Source of the DNA: Bispira polyomma
Taxonomy: Eukaryota
Reading direction: 5' to 3'
Assembly: GCA_965649765.1 (NCBI GenBank)
Contig: OZ287752.1
Location: forward strand, 16,306,001 to 16,370,000
DNA length: 64,000 bases
Shown: one piece after another, positions 57,701 to 64,000 of the stretch
Position numbering within the stretch: the first letter of the stretch is position 1
How the letters are laid out: every line of letters begins with the position of its first letter
Notes under the pieces: generated by a model
Database searches by the model: none
Seen by the model: the letters and a program-made list of their open reading frames with translations, nothing else
What the model was told of the DNA's origin: nothing
Position numbers and translations under genes: made by a program

Positions 57701-58735
57701 TAATTATTAAAAACAATTAAAACAAACTGTCAAATACATAAAATAGCTACAAAGCAATTGGTAATTGCATCTTAAATATCCATACATTCAATCTTTGGTT
57801 GCTAACTAAACAGCTAACCGATACAGATACAATTATAGTTTTGTATAACGGACTGTATATTATATATATATACATGTATATTGTCTTCTAGTTGGTCATT
57901 TCATGTCATGCCGGATGGTTACCTCATTCATATGCCTCACAAATGGGAACTAAAAAACAGTATGGACATGCACAGGTAAGAAGCATATTAATGACTGTAT
58001 TAACAAAAGCTTAATTTATGAGCAGTTAAAGCATAGGTTATTTAATTTCATCAAATTAAATATGTTGTAGGTACTTTGTTAACATATATTCTTTAGTTAA
58101 TATATTATGCGAATGAATTCTGTATGATAATAGTAAAACTGCCAGTGTAACATGTATTACAAAAATATATGATGATAAAAAAAAATCATAACTAGACTGC
58201 TTAGGCCAAGTTATATATATTAGTGATGTATTCAAGTCATAAAACTTTGTAATATACATGCTACAAGGTTAGTTTTACATTTGCTATCTGCTATGAAGTT
58301 CAAGCTATTTAGTGACGCAGACGTACACACATCAATTTGTTTTATTTACAATTTGTTGTAGTAAGCTCAATGTGGAGCCCCCTATCTAAACCAACAGAAA
58401 TCTTTGTTGATGTGGCTATTCAAATTAGATACTGCCTGATACCATTTGAACCTTGATTGATCTGTTTGTTATGTCCATCCATGGTACAGGATTCCTGGGT
58501 GATAATGTTTACAATATATTCCTGATCCGTATTCCCCGCTTTTGTTGGGAGCATCATGGCCGAGTTCATAATAAATACCTCTGTTCATATATTCGAATAT
58601 CTTCCAGCAGTATTATCAAGACCAACTAAACTTCATACATCTATGGTCTCTCTATAATTTTTTCCTTTTTCTAGATGTGCATTACTGGAGTGGAGTAAAT
58701 TTCAAAAAGCAGTACAAAGACATAGATTTTTTTAA
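51732..58735 (+). CDS. Type II membrane GT49-family glycosyltransferase (LARGE glucuronyltransferase domain / B4GAT1-like), 397 aa
   Basis: Exons 51732-51825 (MYSIRTKR plus TM segment IMSYVAICTLLISSVTWMFLY), 52398-52763, 53837-53961, 55292-55444, 55807-55916, 56467-56539, 57500-57627, 57892-57975 and 58675-58735 (TAA). Total 1194 nt with consistent phases. Motifs VCLLTQMSFSR..HWTGPIS, FYPVNRLRNVA, MIDADFLP (DxD), AIVIPAFE, GHQAT, YEPYVI, FNKVSHIYEL and IHMPH. Confidence 0.9.
53060..53320. repeat. ~33-bp minisatellite containing donor-like GTGAGT
   Basis: Unit gtgagtttgatgaagataacagccagtagaaat, about 7 copies. More diverged copies run from the true donor at 52764 to about 52900. Confidence 0.88.
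54684..54939 (-). mobile_element. tRNA-derived SINE (family B), full length with 14-bp TSD, nested in an older family A-like SINE
   Basis: A box tggcctagtgg and B box gagttcgaatcc on the minus strand. TSD tctgtagcctggag at 54670-54683 and 54940-54953. Flanks 54638-54669 and 54954-55090 resemble family A. Confidence 0.88.
56968..58537. repeat. 91-bp inverted repeat pair (56968-57058 and 58447-58537)
   Basis: The two arms are reverse complements with one mismatch and lie in introns 6 and 8 of the GT49 gene. Confidence 0.92.
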
Positions 58736-58974
58736 TGCTAAGAGAATAGTTGTATAGTATTTAATAACATAATATTTTTTCGAATGTAAAATATAAATGA
58801 TCAATTAAAATAGCTTAAAAATAACACCACAGTATCTTATAATGAAGAAAATAGTTAGTATATACTAGTATTTTATTGATATAAAATTTTCTAACTTGAC
58901 CAAAGTAATTTATCACTGTGGAAGAGGGGTTAGAAGAACTTATATAATTACAATTCACAAATTTGTAACCAAAC

Positions 58975-59480
58975 TATTTTTTTTTACTTTTTCATTTTGT
59001 CAATATACAAATTTTACATATTATTGACATAAGATTTTGCAATATATAATACTTTATATAAATAAATTGACAAATACTGACCAATTTTGTTGTAAATGAC
59101 TTTGTCTATCCATTTATATACTCAAACAAGTTTCTAAGTTTCATAGTTTCCTTTATAGAAGAATGGAGTGGTACATAAAGTTTTAATAATTTGAGCTCTA
59201 CCCAATATTGAAAATCTTCCTATAGCTTTTTAACATTTTCACTTGAAACTAGTAGGTGCAGCAGTGTTTCTGGATGTGAATGACGGAATCTGCACATTGT
59301 TAAATCACTTATGGCCATTTGACCAAGGATCTTGTTTGTTCCGACAATTCCATACAATACTCTATACTGAAACCAAGTTAATTGATTATTCTTTATTGAA
59401 TTAAAACACATGTAAAATATTCTTTTTCAGGTTATTTCACTGATAGAAGTTTTAGGTCTTTATTCAGCTCCTTTTGAAAT
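58975..59480 (-). mobile_element. Degenerate L1/Tx1-type LINE 3' fragment
   Basis: QLTWFQYRVLYGIVGTN..MCRF..HPETLLHLL is a zf-RVT-like remnant. Confidence 0.6.
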
Positions 59481-59890
59481 TTTCCTACGTTTCTCTGTTT
59501 ATTTTCTTGTTTTATCCAAAAAAGTAGGCAGTGGGGGGGATAAGAGGCCTTTGGAGATCTGGCTTAGTTTTAAGCTTAGTATCTTTTGTGAACTCATAAA
59601 TTACCTGGAAGTATCCTCCCAAAATTGTGATTGAAAAAATATATTTAACTTCAATCAAGGATTAAACTTATAACTTCCAGTAGTTCTCACAACAAACTAA
59701 AAAAAAAAAAAAAAAAAGATATCAATAAAAACTCCATAATTTACAAAGAGAAGGCTTTTCAAACTTATTATTTTTATGAGGTGCTTTACTGATGCTAGGC
59801 ATCTTCTCAAGCGCAACAGCAGAATCATTGATCCAATTGTAAAGTCCTTGGGCATAGCAAGTTAAACCTTATATGCTGGAGTTGGAGGAC

Positions 59891-60082
59891 AGACATACAT
59901 CGTTGAAAAACCGTCACAAATGTAGCTGATTTTATGAATGAAATTTTTTTCCAAATTTATTTGCTTTTTTTTTCAAATTTGATACTAGACATACATCGTT
60001 GAAAAACCGTCACAAATGTAGCTGATTTTATGAATGAAATTTTTTTCCAAATTTATTTGCTTTTTTTTTCAAATTTGATACT
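59891..60082. repeat. ~96-bp near-perfect tandem duplication
   Basis: agacatacatcgttgaaaaaccgtcac...tttcaaatttgatact occurs twice. Confidence 0.9.
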
Positions 60083-61380
60083 ATTTAAAACAAAACCTTA
60101 ATGGAGTAAATACATTACATTAACAGGTTTAAATTTTTTCATGTTTGTAGATAACGTCTTGTCAAAAGATAACTGTATGCCTGTAAAAAAAATGTTCAAT
60201 GTACAAACTGCAATATATCTGAATAACACAATAGTGATAAGATGATGTAACATAAGAATTAAAATACAAATATTGAAGTGTAGAGATACCGGTGAGACCC
60301 TATAATATGCAAGATGAATCATATTTTCACCAAAAGATTAATTTCAAGTACACTGATTTGTGTGGACTGTCAAGTTTGATGTTAATTTCTTTGTATACTG
60401 AAGGTTAGAAAGTATGTTTCTTTGATTGTAATATTTACATGAGTGAGTTTCTTTAATTAGATATTAAGTATCTATATATTACATGTATATAGTATAGTAG
60501 AAAATCATCCTGATATGAGCATACCTTGTCAATATAGCTTAAGTCCCCATTTCAGAACCCATCAACATACAACACATTTTATGATCAGTGACAATTGAGC
60601 TATTGTATGATACACTTTCACAATATTAAGGCTTGTGATGGCTGGTGTTTGCACTCGTCCAGAAACTGGCTTAAATAACCGAAGAAATGTTCGATGTAAA
60701 GTGCCTATAATCTAAGGCAGAAAAATATAAGGCCAAATCCAAAATATAAGACATAATATCAGAATAATTTATAAGAATTGGATGTATCTTCTCACAGTTG
60801 CCTTACATAAGCAAGATTCGGAACTAATTTGCACACACCGAACACTAAAATACATCTTAGAATGCCTCACTACACCGTCTGGGAACTAAGCTAAACTCTG
60901 AGATCGGTGATCTACACGAGAAGTAATGACGTCACAACGTCACAACACATAAAATCAAACGACGGAAAATATTTTGGAGAATATCTGACATAACAACCGT
61001 ATTGTCAACTTTTAAAGCAAAGTACACATTAGATGCAAGAAAATTAACCCTTTTTAAATAATTGACTCCATATATTAACCCAATATTGGACTTGCAATCA
61101 GCGACCATTAATGCGCTGTAAGTAAACTACTATAAGATGACAGGGTGATCTCATTCGTAACAGCTGTTGTGCTCTCATAATATTTATTTTCTAATAACTT
61201 GATTGAACAACTGAGTACATGCCCCCACTACGCACCTAATCCACAACATTACTTATATTATTAGAAATGCATTCATTACATATAATGCAACAAATAGAAA
61301 TAAATATGTAAAGTACTGTTAAGTAGTAAAAGTAATAGGCAAAGATGATTACACATGGAATACAATGGACAATGGACAAT

Positions 61381-63924
61381 CTAATCTAATCTAATCTAGT
61401 CGTACTTTTGTAGCGCTTAATCTTTGTACAACAAATTCTAAGGCGCAACAAACCCAAAACGTTAATCGAAAATCAAAAATAGTGGCCGGATGGAAGTCGT
61501 AACCAGGGAGACTACCGTAAATGGTTGCGACGGCTAAGGAGGAAAAGCCTGTTCAAAAAGATAGGCCTTCAGCTTACTCCTGAAAGAGGAAAAAGTTTGA
61601 GCCAGGCGAACATGATCAGGTAGGTTGTTCCAAATGAGGGGGCCATCATGAGCTAGGCAGTGATTGAACTGAACTTTGGATTTGTGGATGCGAGGGTCGA
61701 AAGTGGGAATGTTAAGGTATAATTTATCAGGGTTACTGCGCCTTGTCCTGACTGAGCATGTACATTTGGATAGATGGGGGCTAAAATAAGTGGGTAATCC
61801 AGAATTTAGAAATTTATATATTATTGTTGCTGTTTTGAAAGCAACACAATATTTTATTGGGAGCCAGTGCAGTGACTTGAGTACAGGAGTAATGTGGGAA
61901 AATTTAGAATTTTGGTCACAATACGTGCCAATGAGTGTTGGATATTCTGAAGGCGTCTGAGATCACTACGAGATAAGGAACGGAACAGAGAGTTGCAGTA
62001 ATCAAGCCTGCTGCTGACCAAAGCATTGGCAACAGTGATTGCAGTGGATTTGGAAAGATAGCGTCGAATCCGCCTGAAATCACGGAGGCCAACAAAACAT
62101 GATCTACACACCAATGCGACATGGTTAGAGAAGGAGAATTTAGAGTCGAACACCACACCCAGGTTTCGTACTTTGTCAGCTGGAAAAAACCTGCTGCCAA
62201 GAATGTTAAGTGGAAAACAGCTGGACAATTTTTTCCGTTGCGACTTGGAGCCAAACAGAATAAACTCAGTCTTCTCAGTGTTCAGCTTGAGTTTATTTGC
62301 TGCCATCCAGTGTTGTACATCAACAAGGCAGTTCTGTAAGGAAGTGAAAGCTGCCTGGGCAGAGTCAGGTGTAAGGTGAATGTACAGTTGGGTATCATCA
62401 GCATAGAAGTGAAAGTTTATGTTTTTGTATGCAGCAATAATCTTGCTGAATGGAGTGGTGTACATGGAAAACAAAATGGGACCCAGGACGGAACCTTGGG
62501 GAACACCAAATTTTAACCATGTTGGGTCGGATAAGATATTGCCAATTTTGACTGATTGGAATCTATCAGACAAATATGCCGTGAACCACTTAAGCACCAT
62601 ACCGCTGATACCGAACCAAGACGATAGGCACTCAAGAAGAACTTTGTGATCAATAGTATCAAAGGCTGCTGACAGATCCAGCAGTACTAAGGCAGTAGGC
62701 ATACCTTTGGATAAAGATGTATGAACATCATTTTTGATGCAGAGAAGTGCAGTCTCAGTAGAATGACCACTTTTGTACGCTGACTGATACTTATTGGACA
62801 GATTGCTGATGTCAACATGTTGTAAGGCAACCACGCCTTCTACCAACTTAGAGATATAGCAAAGGCCTGAGACAGGACAGTAATTTTTCAAGTCAGCCTT
62901 TGGAAGAGAAGGTTTTTTTATTAAAGGAGTGACAATAGCCTTTTTAAAATCATCTGGAAAGACGCCATTTATCAACGAGAGGTTGATAAGTTTTGTGATT
63001 GAGGGCAATAAAATGTCAATACATTGTGGGCCACGGATCTAGCAAGCAAGATTTTACGGGTGATGCCAGTACAATTTTCCTGACTTCATCAACAGTTACT
63101 GTGGAGAAACAATTGAAGATGGTTGGTGGAGCTGTTGGTAAAGGGGCATTTGGGGCAGCTAATGTAAAGCCGTCATGGATTCTGGTAATTTTATCAGTGA
63201 AAAAAGTATTAAAAATGTTTGCCAGTGATTTGCTATTGGAATTTTCGGGTAGTATAGTCTGTTTTTTACGGTGGAGGGTGCTATTTAGTTTTTGCCAAAG
63301 TTTCTTCGGGTCACCCTCGTTTTGTGATATCATGTTGGCATAGTAGGCATGTTTTGAGTCATTTATAGTGTTGTTGCACCGGGTGATCCATTGGCGTAGT
63401 CTAGATCTATTTGTAGTAGTTTTGTTTCGGCGCCATGTTCGTTCGGCTTGTCTGTGCAGCATCTTCATTTCACGATAATTACTGGTGATCCACTCAGGTG
63501 CCGGCTTCTTCAATGTCTTTGATTTACATGGCGCATGGCATTCTATAAGAGACTGCAGGTCAGAGCAGTACTGTGTGTATAGGTCAGTGGCATTATCAGC
63601 AGGAGACTTGACGAAGGCCGTATCTGCCAACTCTCGTCTAAGGTCAGACATATTGATTTTTTGAAATTGCCGAAAAGTAATTTTTGTGACATCAAAAGAT
63701 GGTGGGGAGGAAGCATCAATTTCACAGGATATCAAAAAATGATCACTGATGCAACCAATGTTTTTTATGTTTCTGATACTATTGAAATCAGTCGGAGTTA
63801 GCAAGAAGTCTAGTGTATGCCCATGAATATGGGTAGGGAAGTTTATGTGTTGGGTAAGATTGCAAGATTCCAAAACTGTGGAAAACCGATTACTATTTCC
63901 AGATACGGTGTCTATGTGAATATT
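61381..63924 (-). mobile_element. Second copy of the L2-clade LINE, 5'-truncated and frameshifted
   Basis: Highly similar reverse complement of about 19034-21592, with a (TAGAT)n tail at 61381-61398. It has a 14-bp deletion near 63024, a 9-bp deletion near 62822 and a 1-bp indel near 61910. Confidence 0.95.
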
Positions 63925-63986
63925 AATATGGATATTTTTGTATACTCAATGTAAATAAACACGACAAAGATATTTTCATAGGGAAT

Positions 63987-64000
63987 ATGTACAGTGTTAC
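63987..64000 (+). CDS. Probable first codons (MYSV..) of a tandem paralog of the GT49 gene; runs off the window
   Basis: gggaatATGTACAGT is identical to 51726-51740. Upstream 63952-63980 and, across the LINE, 61306-61363 align with 51599-51692. Confidence 0.55.

Overview
AT-rich, intron-rich animal genomic DNA. A marine invertebrate, probably a mollusc, is inferred from the repeat landscape and is not proven. Four host genes can be assembled by hand with GT-AG splice sites and consistent phases: the last nine exons of SNRNP200/Brr2 (+, 1324-9786), a two-exon cysteamine dioxygenase ADO (-, 17935-16161), a ten-exon BIN3 (+, 29359-46880) and a nine-exon stand-alone GT49 (LARGE/B4GAT1-like) glycosyltransferase (+, 51732-58735). 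The probable start of a tandem paralog of the GT49 gene lies at the window edge (ATG 63987). The rest is largely mobile DNA: two inverted copies of an L2-clade LINE with a 2A-like peptide, a Neptune-type Penelope-like element, tRNA-SINEs, Tc1/pogo- and Mutator-like MITEs, L1/Tx1 relics and minisatellites. The most notable object is the Penelope-like element in BIN3 intron 7. It appears to have a gag/pol-like two-ORF layout joined by a candidate -1 ribosomal frameshift signal (C CCA AAC, 7-nt spacer, GC-rich stem-loop), and a hammerhead ribozyme core in its 3' region. Other points of interest are a 91-bp near-perfect intronic inverted repeat bracketing two exons, and tandem duplications seeded exactly at splice sites and at a stop codon.
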